64,000 nucleotides of DNA from the human T2T-CHM13v2.0 reference genome, Homo sapiens (GCF_009914755.1 NC_060929.1), one strand, 5' to 3'. Positions 49,952 to 62,735 are shown, numbered from the stretch's first letter. Notes: generated by a model not told the origin, from the letters alone. Program-made: numbers and translations.

Positions 49952-52022
49952 TATGAGTTTTAAAATCTAATGCATATCCTGATTCTGGGTGAAATAACGA
50001 GCTCAAATGGCTCTCAGGATTAAATCATCTCTGGTGTGAGGTGAGTCCAGTCAATATGGTTCCCAGATGCCCCTCAACAAGCTCTAATTTGAGCCAGGTG
50101 CCTGGGCGTGATCAACTCACTGTCCTTGACTTAGTCTGAGCTGTTGCCCCAGTGACACGTCCACTGTTCTAAGCGCAAAGAGGAAGCAGTCAATGCATTA
50201 CTGTCAATGATAATAGCAGCCCTGCAGAGGTCTGGCCGTGAATGGCTCTAGTGCTAGCTCATCGCTCTTGCATGGAGCCACATTTGTGGCAGCCCACAGC
50301 CAAAAAAACCTGATCTTTTCCTTGACTTTTTGGAAATCTGAGGAGCGTTAAAAACCTCAGGGTGCAAATGATAAAATGCACTCTTTACCCATGTAAATGT
50401 TTTGAGGCTCCAACTTCTGAGAGATCTAATTCATTGACACAAAGCACAATATCTCAACAAGGAGGGATATTTTGCTTCTATCAGAGAGCGATTTCTTTGG
50501 ATCTCCTACCGTTCTCAGACAATAACAGCCAAAACAGAGAAACAGGAAGACAAGATCAGTCACTTTAGAAATCAAAAAGTTATTGAGTGGAGGGTGAGGA
50601 GGGGTAAGACAGCAAACATATGGAAGAGCTTTCGGTTATGGAGGAAGGAAGCCAAACTCAGGGGCCATTATTTCAATTTTCTTTAGTTTTCAGCCTTAAG
50701 AAATGCCCAGGAAATACTTTATGCTAATTCTCATTTTTTAAAAGCTGGAAAATCTTTCAAAACTAGAGGAAAGTAAATGTGGCTTAGAACTATGTTTTTC
50801 CCCTGTTCTTCGAAGTAAGCTGCATGTTTATTCTATACAGAATTTAACTAGTTCAAATCAGTTACATGAGTAACAATTTCACTAAAATAATGAGAATATA
50901 TTTGCTGTGTAGAAATCTTCATGAAGTGAAATAGTGAATGACAGCATTTTATAGAACACTAGGTACATTAATTTGAGAACATTCTGGAAACACAGAAGAT
51001 AATGTCTATTAACAAGAACATTCTGGGCTTTTGTTAATTTTCATGGTGCTTCTTGGCCTATTTTCACCCCTTTTTTCAGTAGCATTCTCTGTAGAGAAGC
51101 AACTTCTCTGACAAAAATAAACAGACCAGAATTTAAAGCAACTCTTATTTTCATAAGCCTCACATAGTTTTTGACTGATATTTCAATAAACATAATCTAA
51201 AATTGTATAGGGATAAACATCCTCATGTAACATTGTTTAAATAAAAATTTTTGTACTCCTTTGCAAAGATATTAATTCATATTCACAGCTACCAATGTGA
51301 AAATTGCACTATTTCTGTTATGAGATAATTTTAATCACTTAAGATACATGAGGTATTGAGTGCTTTCTTTGATCTCAAGGAAAGCCAATCAGAGTAGCAC
51401 AGAGCAGAAAATAATCTCAGGCAAACAGAACCCACGATCTCTTCATGCACAAGTGCAAGTTTATGAGTGTATGTATATTTGTGCACAGATATCTGGTGAG
51501 AGCAGGGTACATTTCAGAGCAAGTTTTAATTGTCTCATAATGTCACTTTGAAAACAAAATGTGATTAAAGGTGAAAATTTGAGTAATTTTATCTTAGTAA
51601 TATCTCTACCTTTAAGTTCAGTAATAGCACTACCTTTTCATACAGTGTTTCTTGCTACAACATGATTCTAACATAGCTTTCTTCTTAAAATGTATGTTAT
51701 CAAAATTAAGTTACCTATTACTTACACATTTATCAGGTATGCACAAAAAATCATATAATTAGTCACAATCAAGAAAAAAATATATCATTATCATCAGTGG
51801 TAAGGAGAATTAGACCACTCATAGTCTCTTGGCTCTAAAATCTGTTGTACTTTCCCAAATCCTTGTGGTATCAGAGTAAGCCCTCTCGAGGCTCAGTAAA
51901 TAACCACGTCAATTCCTAGAAAGAGCCTCAGTGGAGTGGGTGCTGGAGCAATGGGAGCCTGAGTGCTGGTAGTGAAGGATCCCATTAAGCACTGGCCTGA
52001 AAAGACCAATGGGAAGTTAAGA

Positions 52023-52325
52023 GACAGCTCATCAACGGAGCCCATATTTGGGATCTGGATTATTTAAAAAGATGAATAAGGGATCAGCATTTAAAAATCA
52101 GTAGATATTTACCCAAAAATCAGAAGTTCTGGCTCCTCTTACAAAATTGGACAACCTGATCACACAGGGCATGCATTCTTGCCCAGAAATGCTAGGCTGC
52201 AACAGAGGAGCCCTGCCCCTTTAGAGAGGAGCAGTCTTCAGTCTATAGTGTACGTCCCTCACATCTTTCCTGTCTCACTCACTTGTGTTACCTTCCTGAC
52301 AATGGTAGACATTTGAATTGTCTCC
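52023..52325 (-). mobile_element. MER102 DNA transposon (left arm of inverted pair)
   Basis: catttaaaaatcagtagat..aaaaatcagaagttctggct..ctgcccctttaga..cactcacttgtgttaccttcctg..gtagacatttgaattg. Confidence 0.8.
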
Positions 52326-52619
52326 ATCCTCAGAAAGTGCACGGCCCAAACCACTAATTTGGGCATGAATATATGAAATAGCCTAACGAACTACCTGATG
52401 ATAGAAACTAGGATGTACCCCAATGTCCTTCAGCTGGAAAAACTCTACCCAGCCTTAGGTGTCCTCATCTCCCAGAAGGCTTCCCTGCCCCTCTGAAGAC
52501 AAGTCTGGTGTCCTCATACCCCTAGGGCCCTATATGATTCTTTATCATTGTGCTTGTCATGTCACAATACAATAATCTCTGAATGTGCTTGCCACCCACA
52601 GGTTCGTATATATCTCTTA

Positions 52620-53470
52620 CCCTGTGCCAGGTCCTACAAGGATGCTAGGATACATATAATATATTTCCAAAAGACATTAAAATATAATAGATGAAAAATG
52701 AAAAGAGCCATTTTCAAGTTTAATTAAGAAGATTAAGAAGGACTTATTGGAGAAATCGACATCTGAAATATTTTGTGAAGGTTTTTACAGGAAAGATGAG
52801 CCTGGGATTTGTTCCAGGAGGAAGAGACAAACACTGGAAGAGCATGTAGGGATCAATGAGTTTATAGGGTGTGTCTAAAGCACAGGGGAAGACCATCAAT
52901 ACAAGGCTGAGGAGTGGACACTTGGTTGAATAAATGGCAGGAGCCCTGTGGAGGTCTTTGAACTGCAGAGTGACTTGATCAGTGCTGGCTATGGTGGCAC
53001 ATGTGGCAGGAGGAATTGGAGAGGTGAGACATAATGTGAAAAGGAACCAGCATTTCCTGGTGTGTCAGGCCTTTGGTAAGGCTTTTAATCTATGATTTCA
53101 TCTTATCTTCACAGCTCTATGAACAGGTTGCTAGGATTCTCATTTAAGTTACAGAGGAGAAAGATCAGACACAGTTGGTTACGTAAATTGCTATGCTTTC
53201 TATATCTGTATCTGTCACATTTTGCCTAATAAGGGTTTGTTGTAGGGTATAGACAAAGATGAACAAATAGATGAATGAATGAATGGATTGGTGGATGGAT
53301 GGATGGAAGCAGTGTTGAATCAGCTCTGCCTGATGCTAAACTCATGTTCTTAGCCTTCTGCTGATTGGAAGATGTTTCAATAGGCCAGAACAGGCTCAGT
53401 AAAGGCCTAAACTGGGGCTGTGGTACTGAGAGTGGACAGAGGGGCCAGCAAGAAAGATGCTAGAGAGAGA
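52620..53470 (-). mobile_element. Fragmented L2 (with MIR and (ATGA/TGGA)n pieces) forming the spacer of the inverted pair
   Basis: ttccaggaggaagagac..ggagccctgtggaggtctttgaactgcagagtgacttgatc..aaggcctaaactggggctgtgg. Confidence 0.55.
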
Positions 53471-53474
53471 GAGA

Positions 53475-53728
53475 GACCATAGACTAAAGATCTTGCACTG
53501 CTCATCTCTAAAGGAGGAAGGGCTCTTTTGTTCCACCCTAGCGTTTCCATATGGGAATGTGTGCCCTGTGTGACCAGAATGCCCAATTTTGTAAGAGGAG
53601 CCAGGAATTCTGATTTTTAGGTAAAATCTACTGATTTTTAAATGCTTATCCCTTAATTACCTTTTTAAAAATTGCAGATTGCAAATATGGGCTCAGCTGG
53701 ACCCATGGGCATCGGTTGATGAGCTCTC
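53475..53728 (+). mobile_element. MER102 DNA transposon, 5'-truncated (right arm of inverted pair)
   Basis: tctaaaggagg..atgggaatgtgtgccctgtgtgaccaga..agaggagccaggaattctgatttttaggtaaaatctactgatttttaaatg. Confidence 0.8.
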
Positions 53729-53938
53729 TCTTAATGAATGAAATCCTGTCTCGAGTGATCAACTATCTAAATTTGCCTCAGACTAAGGAGTTTCTGGGAT
53801 CACAGCCTCTTAGTGGTAATACTGAGATTGTTTGTCCCCTTAACTAGGAGCCCAGAGGAAAGTGTCACACATCCCAAGGTAGGGAAGGAGAAATGCTGGA
53901 AAACCCTTCAGGAAAGGAATAATGCTGTAACTGGGTGG

Positions 53939-54116
53939 CAGTGGTCCTAAAACTATAGCAGCCACCAGAATCCCCTGGAGAGCTTATTGAAACAGAGTGC
54001 TGGGACCACAGCCCGAGTTTCTGACTCAGTAGGTACGGGGTGGGAGCCAATAATTTTCATTTCTAACAGGTGCTACTGGCACTGCCAAGTCCAGAATCAA
54101 ACTTTGAGAGCCACTG
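53939..54116. mobile_element. MER5A DNA transposon, complete
   Basis: TIRs cagtggtcctaaaa / tttgagagccactg; internal ccagaatcccctggagagcttattgaaacag. Confidence 0.88.
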
Positions 54117-55672
54117 CTTTCCAGTTTGCAAAGAACTTCTGCAGGCCTCAACCCATTTGCAGCTTACGGGGTGGGCTGGGACTGGGAAGGTCTGAGAGCG
54201 ACTGCTGGCCCATGGGGCTGTATGGTCTCAGACCAGGGAAGAAGTAGAAATGGGTGTCAGACAAGATGCTGCTTTGGGATCCATTCTCTGGGAATTTATC
54301 TGTACTTCTTTGTCAATACCACCCCAAGGCTCTAATTCTCCACATATCCTTGTACCCACAGAGAGTTTTATGCAGAGTGAACCCTACCCTGATGCTCCAA
54401 CATCTGAAATCAATCCCTTCTATCTAGACAGAATCATGAAAGAATTATGAAAGACCTGTCATTTCCTGCCACCTTGCTTATCCTATGATCCTAAGCAAAG
54501 GTTTCTATTTCCTAGAATTGGTTTTCTAGAAGTTGCTCTGTTCTGGTGTTTATAGAGATGCCTGTCTATACAAGAAGAGTTGTCTGTTTGTAATTAGCAA
54601 TTTCCCAAAAGCACCCCTGGTTTTTATCTGGCAGTCTCTGGATTAAGCCAGAGGTTGCTTGCATCAGCTTTTATGCTTAAGAATTGAGGATGCCAGTTGG
54701 ATATAGACTATCAACTTTTACAAAAGAGATTAGGGAAGAAAAGCTTATTTTAATGTATTCTTTATACTCTACAAAGTACTTTCATAGGTCATGTCTCACT
54801 TAATCCTTATAAAAATCCTCTGAGTCCTTTCTACATTTTACCAATGAAGAAGTTACAGTGATGTGTCCTAGGGTTGCCATCTGAGAAGCAATTGAGTTAG
54901 GACACATCCTCACTTCTGCACTGCTGTCTGTCTTTACCAATCACAAAGGCACAAAGTCTGGCTGCATCCTTTCATACATACATGATGAAACATACATGAT
55001 TATTTCATATGAGTGCCAAACCCGATCCTAGCCATCCCTTCCAACTCACAGCCCCACAGTGAATGCCCCCTTCTTAAACTACTTTGTGTCATGGATTTCA
55101 TATGTACGTGTCTATTTTCTCCAATTAGATGGTAAGTCCTCACAGACAGTTTTACATTCCTTCCACTCTCCCCAAAACCTTAGAACAACACTTTATAAAT
55201 ACCAGGAACACAGTGAGCATGCACTCAACATTAAAAGACTATTAAATAAGAACTTTGCCTTCTTGGAGATCTATACATACCAAATAGAGTGAGATAAATT
55301 TTAGTTTCCTATTGCTGTAACAAGTGACCACAAAATTACTGGCTTAAAACAACACAAATTTATTCTACAGTTCTGGAGGTCAGAGTCTGAAAGGGTTTCA
55401 TGCGACTAAAATCAAGACATTGGCAGGATTACATTCCTTATGGAGGCTCTAGGGAATAATACCTTTCTTTTCCTTTTCTAGCTTCTAGAGGCTGCCCACA
55501 TCCTCTGCTTTATAGCCTCCTTCCTCCATCTTCAAAGCCAGCAACAGAGGGTGAGACTTGACATTGCATCACTCTGACCTTCTCTTCTGCCTTTTTCTTT
55601 TGCTTTTAATGACCCTGTGATTACATTGGGCCTACCTGGATAATCCACGATAAATTCAGCTGATTAGCAATC

Positions 55673-55762
55673 TTTTTTTTTTTTTTTTTTGAGATGGGGT
55701 CTCGCTCTGTCTCCAAGGCTGGAGTGCAGTGGCGCAATCTCAGCTCACTGCAACCTCTGCCT
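55673..55762 (-). mobile_element. Severely 5'-truncated Alu (3' ~70 bp plus A18 tail)
   Basis: (T)18 gagatggggtctcgctctgt..ctcactgcaacctctgcct; TSD agcaatctt at 55666-55674 and 55765-55773. Confidence 0.93.
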
Positions 55763-55828
55763 TGAGCAATCTTAATTACATCTGCAACCTTCACTCCTCT
55801 TTACTATGTAACATAACAGATCTCCAGG

Positions 55829-56242
55829 TGTCTTCGTCCACTTGCATTGCTAGAAAGGAATGCCTGAGACTAGGTCATTTATAAAGAAAAGAGGTTCATT
55901 TGGCTCACAGTTCTGTGGGCTGTACAAGAAGCATAGTGTCAACATCTGCTTCTGGCAGGACCTTAGGAAGCTTACAATTACGCAGAATAGGAAGGAGGAG
56001 TTGGCATATCACATGGCAAGAGCGGGAGCAAGAGAAAGGGGGAGGTGCCTGGCTCTTTTTAACAATCAGCCATTGTGTGAACTAATAGAGCAAGAACTCA
56101 CTGATTACCTCGGGGAGGGAAGCACGCCATTCATGAGGTATCCTCCCCCACGACACAAATGCATCCCACTAGGCCCACCTCCAACATTGGGGGTCACATT
56201 TCAACATGAGAATTGAAGGGAACAAATATCCAAATTATATGA
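55829..56242 (-). mobile_element. MSTB-type MaLR solo LTR
   Basis: tgtcttcgtccacttgcattgctagaaaggaatgcctgagac..aactaatagagcaagaactcact..aaatatccaaattatatga; TSD ccagg/acagg. Confidence 0.9.
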
Positions 56243-56389
56243 ACAGGTTTCAGGGATTAGTATGAGGACACCTTGGGGGGAGGGGCTTATTTTGTCTTCC
56301 ACAGTGAAACAGAGAGTAAAAGTGAAAAAAGGGACACAGAAATTTGTAAAATTCACATTAACATTATTCACCAAAAGCACCTGCCACCA

Positions 56390-56590
56390 CTACCTACTAT
56401 TTGAGCACTATGAGAGATCTGAGTCTGTGTTCAGGGCCTTATATAGCTTTTGGGTATATAATCCACACATCAATCTAGTAGTATTAGTATTAGCCCCATT
56501 TTCAGATTAGCAGAGGCAAAGAGAAATTAGGTAACTTGCTTACGATTCATAGAAGTGCTAAGTAACAGATCCAGGACGGTGCAGTCCTCT
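56390..56590 (-). mobile_element. MIR SINE
   Basis: tatttgagcact..tattagccccattttcagat..ttaggtaacttgcttacgattcatag. Confidence 0.7.
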
Positions 56591-57719
56591 TCATACTGCC
56601 TGGCCCCGCCTCCTGGAGCCCATCTGAACTCCACTCTGCTGGCTGCCATGGTGTTGCATTTTCATAGGTCCTCTTTTCTGTAACTCTCAGTCCAGATCCT
56701 GCTTAACTAGATAAAGAGAGTTAGGGTAAAATGAGACCTGGCAAAACCCTCCAGCAGGTAATTCTTAGGGGATTTGTTTTTCCTCTTATTCTTGTTGTTC
56801 AAGGAGACAGATGATAATTAAAATGTCAGAGCCCTTCATGCTTCCCTGATCAAGATAACTACTTTGCCACAGGTGATAGAAAGAAAAGGAGGAAAATGTG
56901 TGCTCTCGGGGGTGGGGGGTAGGTAATGATTCTGATAAGGGGCAAAGCTGGGGAAACTGAGCCCCCTCAGCTCAAGAGAGAGCTCATTGCAGCTCCAGCT
57001 GCACCAGGGCGAATGCTCACCCACAGGCTCTTCAGGGAGCTTCCCACCTCATCCCTCCTCCCCAAACCTCCATCCCTACCAGCTCTCTGGGAACCTATTC
57101 CCAGAGGATCCATCCAACAGCTTGCTAATTCTATCCAATCTCTCCAATTCAGTTAATTCCCAGTTTCAGTAACAGAAGCAGCAGCTGTCACGATCAGCAG
57201 CTGTGTTCTTTGTCTCTATAGTTCTACCTCTCCCCCCTTCCCTCACCAAGTTAACAGAGTGGATCGCACACAACTTTCTAGGGGAGAAAGACAATAAACG
57301 TCCTCGATAGATTGAGAGAAGAAAGGAGGAATGAATTTGTATGAGCATGAAAGTGTCAGGTGGACTGGAGACAATGGAGAAAATTCTTCCCCAATCTCCA
57401 AGTCCCAATTTAACATTAAACAACCTCCTCAACAGCCATGTGCTCTCTAGAAGTTAATTCTTCTCAGACTCATGATGGCAGAGAACTAGTTTTTTAAATT
57501 CCAATCTGTTATGGACTTAGTTTACAGTTCCACTCTGGATGACTAATGTGTAAACTCACACCACATATGACTCACCCTCAAGTGCAACAATACCTGGATT
57601 GGCCTACCCCTTGCTCCAGAGCCACATGCGTGGATGTCAGGGGAATGTCAAGTTACTGGAAAAGTTTTACACATTTTTATTTTTGTATTTATCTCAATTG
57701 ACTAAGTAGCACCGTCCCA

Positions 57720-58585
57720 GAGGCTCATTGAGAAAGTGTGATTAGCACAAAGATTTAAGGTATGTGAACCTTGTGAATTTTTGGAGGAAAAGTATTTTAG
57801 GCAGAGGAAACAGCTAGAACAAAGGCAAGAGCCAGGGTGGCTGGATCTTAGGGAGTGAGGGGATAATTAAAGATGAAATCTCACCTGTAAGAGAGGGCAG
57901 TAGGTCATGTTGGGCCCTGTAAGACTGTTAAAGATTTTGCTGTTTTTTCCCTCTGAGTAAAATGGGGTGCATTGTAGGGTTTTGAGCAGAGTGGCAGGAT
58001 CTAGTTACAGCATTAGGGGGCCAAGGATAGAGGCAGGGAGACCCATCAGCTGCTGCAGTCATTTGGGCAAGAGATAAGAGAGGTTCAGGCCAGGATATCA
58101 ATGCTGGAGGATGTACAAGAGGTCCCAAACCGGGTCTATTTTGAAGATAGAGGATGGATAGGGTTTAAGAGAAAGAGAGCAGTCAGGGATAGTGCCATGG
58201 TTTTGGCCTGAGCAACAAAAAGGGTGGAGTTGTCAGTGCTGAGCTGGGGAATGCAGCACGTGAGGGAATATGAGGAGTTTAATTTTTGACACAGTGAGAT
58301 TGAAATATCCAATAGACCTCCAAACAGAGATGATAGATGCAGAGCGGCAGTTGGATATACAAGTCTGGAGTGTGGGAGAGACGTCTGGGCTGGAAATATA
58401 AATGAGACTGTTGTCAGTATTTAAAGCCATAGGATTCAGTGAGATCACCAAGGGAGTAAATTTAGAGAAGAGGGCACGCTAAAATGAAGAGATCAGGGAG
58501 AAAAGGAAGAACCAGCGAGGGGAAGGTAGGATGGAAACCAAGAAAGTGTGGTGCCCTGATAGCCAAGAGAAGAATGTGTGTGAAG
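57720..58585 (-). mobile_element. L2 LINE fragment
   Basis: ctctgagtaaaatggggtgcattgtagggttttgagcagag..ggtttttggcctgagcaac..ggcagttggatatacaagtctggag..gtatttaaagccataggattcagtgagatcaccaaggg. Confidence 0.88.
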
Positions 58586-58599
58586 CAGGGATTCAGGTG

Positions 58600-58850
58600 A
58601 ATTCCCTAGCTTCACTTTCTGCATCAGCTAAATGGGAATATTAATTCTTCATGTGAGGTTGCTGTGAGGATTATAAATGAGTTAACCCATTTAATAAATA
58701 CATACTAAGTGTAGTGATTGTACTAGGTACTTGAATTTGAGTAGCATACAATTCTCTACCTTAAATAGGAGGTTACAAATTTGCAAAACATCTAAGCCCA
58801 GTGCCTGACCGCAGAAGGGGCTCAATAGATACTTTTTTGCTAGAATAAAT
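58600..58850 (+). mobile_element. MIR SINE pieces
   Basis: cttcactttctgcatcagctaaatgggaata..aggttgctgtgaggattataaatgagttaa..cccagtgcctgaccgcagaaggggctcaatagat. Confidence 0.65.
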
Positions 58851-60464
58851 AATTGCCTCTGTGTGGCCTGTATAGATCCACACTCTCCTCTGCTTCTTGA
58901 GACCAATTAAAATATTTAGTGCTTATTAGTTGGAATGGATAAGCAAGGGAATCTTTCCTTTCCCCACCACTCCAACCATTTCATGCTAATGCTCTGTTGC
59001 TCCATAGAATGTGTGGATTTCTTCCTTGGTTAGGGAATATGAAGGGTCCACTTGGGAACTTAGTAACGAGGCTTACCTGGTCTAATCTGAGAGCCTTCAG
59101 GGCCTGAGGCCACCCTGGGGAAGCCAGCAGCCCAATCACACCACATACACAACTGTCCCAACTCTCCCAGCGTTGAGGTGAAATAAGGCAAAGAGCAGTT
59201 TCCAGAAGGGGAAAGAAATCAAGGAAGGGCAGCCTCAAGTGTGCAGCCTGGAGGCCAGGCCCACTGCTTTCCCTGTGGCCCATGGACAGGATTTAGTGTT
59301 CATTGCATGTGTGCTCCCAGAGTGTGCACATGGGTTTATGTAAGTAGGTAAGACTTACTGTTTTATTTTCCCACAAGCCAACCAGACACCTCCTTCACCT
59401 GGTTCACTTTGAGTCTTCCAGCAGCCCAGGGCTTGGAACAGTGCCGCCTCCTCCTCCCTTCCCCACTTTTTCTCCAATCCTCCTGTCTACAGGCTAGGTC
59501 TGACACCAGAGCTACAGAGCCGGGTAACCAAGGTAACCAAAAGCCCTGGAGTCCAGGGGGCCTCCCTAAGGACCGCCCAAATGCCACAGGCTCCATGCAG
59601 TCAGGTGGAGCAGCTCTCCCTGCTGTGTCCTCTCTCCCCCGACATTGCCCCGCCCATCTGGGCTGCTGCTGAGGGAGGCTCCTCGGGGCCTGCTGTTTTC
59701 TTCATGACTGTGGGTGACACGGCACAGGTGGTCCAGTTTCTCTCACAGTGCCTTTGCTTTGATCTACAAAAATCTGCTGAGTTTCTTTTGGGCCTTGTCA
59801 TGTTAACAAAAACAAATGTAATAATATGCACTTGAAAAGGCTCGCATGTCTTGATATTTTAATAAGCTTTTGATTCTACAGGGACCTCTGAGGCTTTAAA
59901 AGTTTAAAGTTAATAAAGAGAGTAAAAGAAAAAAATATGAATTGTTTTTAATTATTATTATGCAGGATTAACCAAGCCAGTTGTGTATAATTAGACAGTA
60001 GCTACCTTGCAACGTAGAGGCAGTAAATAGGCCCACAGGGGGGCTGCCAGAAGGCTGAGGTGTTTACAAGGCACTGGAGATGTTTTCACCAAGCACATAA
60101 TCCCTGTTGCAGTTACTATTGCTTTTATAATGGATGTGTTCATTACAACCAGAGACTAATATGTGTATCCATCATCTTTCTAGCACAGATGACTCCAAAG
60201 TGGGGGACGGCAGTGAAGATTGTACGATATACTTTGGTGGTAAAATCATTAAGAGAGCCCATTTGTATGCAGCTTTTTTTGTGTGTGGTTTTATTTTTGT
60301 TGCCATTGCTGGGAGGAATTTTAAGAAGTTAAATAAACAATTGCCAAAGGAGTGATGATTAAGATATTGCTAAGAAAGTTTTGTTTCTTTTAATACCTCC
60401 AGCAGTGAAAGCAATGAGCCAGGAGTTCCAGGGCTTTGTTATGAACCAGCGTGTGATCTTAGGG

Positions 60465-60570
60465 AATTCATTCACTAATTCAACATTTATTGAGTGCTAC
60501 CATATGCCAGGCATTGTCCTAGGTGCTGGGGATAAAATGATGTGCAAGGAGCACTGGGCCCTTCTTCCCA
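60465..60570 (-). mobile_element. L2 3' end
   Basis: ttcattcactaattcaacatttattgagtgctaccatatgccaggcattgtcctaggtgctggggata. Confidence 0.85.
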
Positions 60571-60571
60571 T

Positions 60572-60735
60572 ATGTTCTCAAACCAGGACATTCCTCATGA
60601 TCACCTGGGAAGCTTTTCAAAATGCTCTCACTGAGACCCCAGCCAGGCCTTAGTAGAGCTGCATAGCATCTTCAGGGCACCACTCGAGCATGTGAATTTT
60701 GAGAAAGTGTTTCAGTGATTCTGGCGGTTTCTCAT
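60572..60735. mobile_element. MER5-type hAT element inserted in L2
   Basis: gttctcaaacc..atcacctgggaagcttttcaaaat..catgtgaattttgagaaag..cagtgattctg. Confidence 0.55.
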
Positions 60736-62059
60736 TGTAGTGGGAGGGAGTTATAAATAAACAATAAAATACGGTAAGTGCTATTAAAGGGAAGATGTGA
60801 CTGCTCTGAGCTTCCATTTCTCTATTTTTGTAAAGGAGGTAATAATTCCTGTCCTGTATATCTATCTTAGGTCACAGATTCTGAAAAGGAGAGTATAGGA
60901 AATTTGCTAGGGAGTGCTCTCAGATAAACCATTGTTGGGGTGAAATGGGCCAGTCATTGGCTGCCCCCAGGAGAAGGTGTGTCTTGGGGCAAGTAGTAGT
61001 GACCAACCTTAGGCCAATTCCTGGAGAGTGGGTCAGCTGATAGCTGCCAGTCACCACCTTCACCCAACTCCCAGAAGCTGGGGAATGAGGATGGGAATGA
61101 GAACGTCTGTCCTGAAGGAGGAGGGTGCAGGTGGCATGTCACAGCACCACCAGAGCATCCTGCAGAAATAGACATAAGAATTCACATCGGGAAGTACTGA
61201 AAAAGATAAGAAGTCACTTGTTTTCTTTTATTAACCCATAAATAAATTTGCTCATGACAATGGTTTTCTTTATTCATATTTGATGTAAGAATAATCTGGC
61301 TGCAACGTCTGTCACTCCATGCTTACCAGCATTGATTGAGCTCAGCTTGCTGGCTGGGCTAGAACCCTATTTTTGCCCCAAAGCTACTTGTATGTCACCT
61401 CCCAAGCCTGCACACTTGAGCCGAGAGGGCACATTGCCAGGGAGAGGATATCTGATTTTTGATAAGAGACGTAAGTGAGGCTAGCTCTCCTACTACACAT
61501 TTTAAACAAGTTGGCAGGTTCCACTTGTCATCGAACTGCAACTACTAAGAATGTGGTAATTCTTTTATTTACATTTGTTCAGTATTTTTTTGACTGTCCT
61601 ACTCAAGGGTGAGTTGCTGGAGCTATGTCATCTCTTCCTCATCCAAACTCATTGGAGTAGGGAATAAATAGGTGGTTTTTAAACAACAGCAAAAGGAGTG
61701 CAAGTGAGAAGATACTACCATGGGGAAGAAAAACGTTATTGAAAATTGGGTAAAATATTGGGGTCCTCCTCCATTGTCTTGGCTGTATACAAATTACACT
61801 TCATCCTTAAATCATGTTCATCCATGTTCCTGATTTTGTTAAACAATCGGGATGAGAAGCGCCAATTAAGTTTTTCATTTTACATTTATGTAAAGAGCCA
61901 TCTCTCATCAAGCTGCTCCATCTCTCGGCATGTTCAAGAATATTTTAAACAACAAGAAATGCTCCATACAGCTTCACTGGAGCCTGTAATTCCCTGTTCT
62001 GGAAATTGAAAGCAGCAAAACAGTTTGCTGGGGGATAGTAGGGCTGAAACACAAATAGT

Positions 62060-62735
62060 TAGAGCTAGGGGTCAATACTTGGAACTCAAGAATGCTGGTA
62101 ATGAGCCTGATGGCAAGTTGGAAATGGGTTTTCAATACAATCACTTGACAAACATGATTTTTACGACTTTGAGCTTCAACCACAGGCCATGTTATTGGAC
62201 AGACATGTGAATAGGTAAATGTCTAACTACTATTTCTGTATTTCTATAATATTCTTCCCTTTGGGGCCATCAGGACAATCTACCAGGTCTAGGAATCAGA
62301 CTACTTTCTGAATCTGAAAGGGGGCTGATGGCAGCTACCAGGATTTGGGAACTAGGAAGAACGAATAATGACAAAACAGTTTAAGAAAAGATGAAAGAAC
62401 TACTTTGGAGCAGAATTGGCTAGAAGAAATGTTAATGGCCTGCCTTCATGGTGTTGTACAGAAAATGAAATACTGAGAAGCCACAAAGAGAGCCCATCCC
62501 TGTGGTATAACTGTGAGGCATAATAGGAGGAATTTAAAAAGAAAAACTTGAGACAGGCATTAGGAAACAGACAGAACTTCCATATTCCCAGAAAGAAGGT
62601 GAGCACATTGAAGGCATTTAAAAACTGAGGTTGAATTAAACTCTAGGAAATATTTTCTCTTGTCGGCAACAATTCTCTGCTGGCCCAGTGGGACAGAGTA
62701 CATCATCTAACGAGACATTTTTACTTCTAATTTCT
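62060..62735 (+). mobile_element. Ancient CR1/L3 post-RT region and 3' end
   Basis: ORF 62025-62210 reads DGKLEMGFQ-x11-L-x4-R, the same spacing as CR1 DxKLxMSQQ-x11-LGCIxR. CR1-like 3' sequence follows. Confidence 0.5.

Larger units (their letters stand above)
55297..56303 (-). mobile_element. MLT1D-type MaLR LTR hosting two younger insertions
   Basis: ttagtttcctattgctgtaacaag..cagttctggaggtcag..tcagctgattagcaatc|..|ttaattacatctgcaacc..cagg|..|tttcagggattag..ttattttgtcttccaca. Confidence 0.88.

Noticed and set aside
54370-54700. Possible ERV1-type LTR fragment
   Set aside because: LTR-like composition, but I could not assign a family, termini or TSD.
60029-60048. CTCF site ggcccacaggggggctg
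   Set aside because: Mismatches at key core positions (six Gs, no GGC register).
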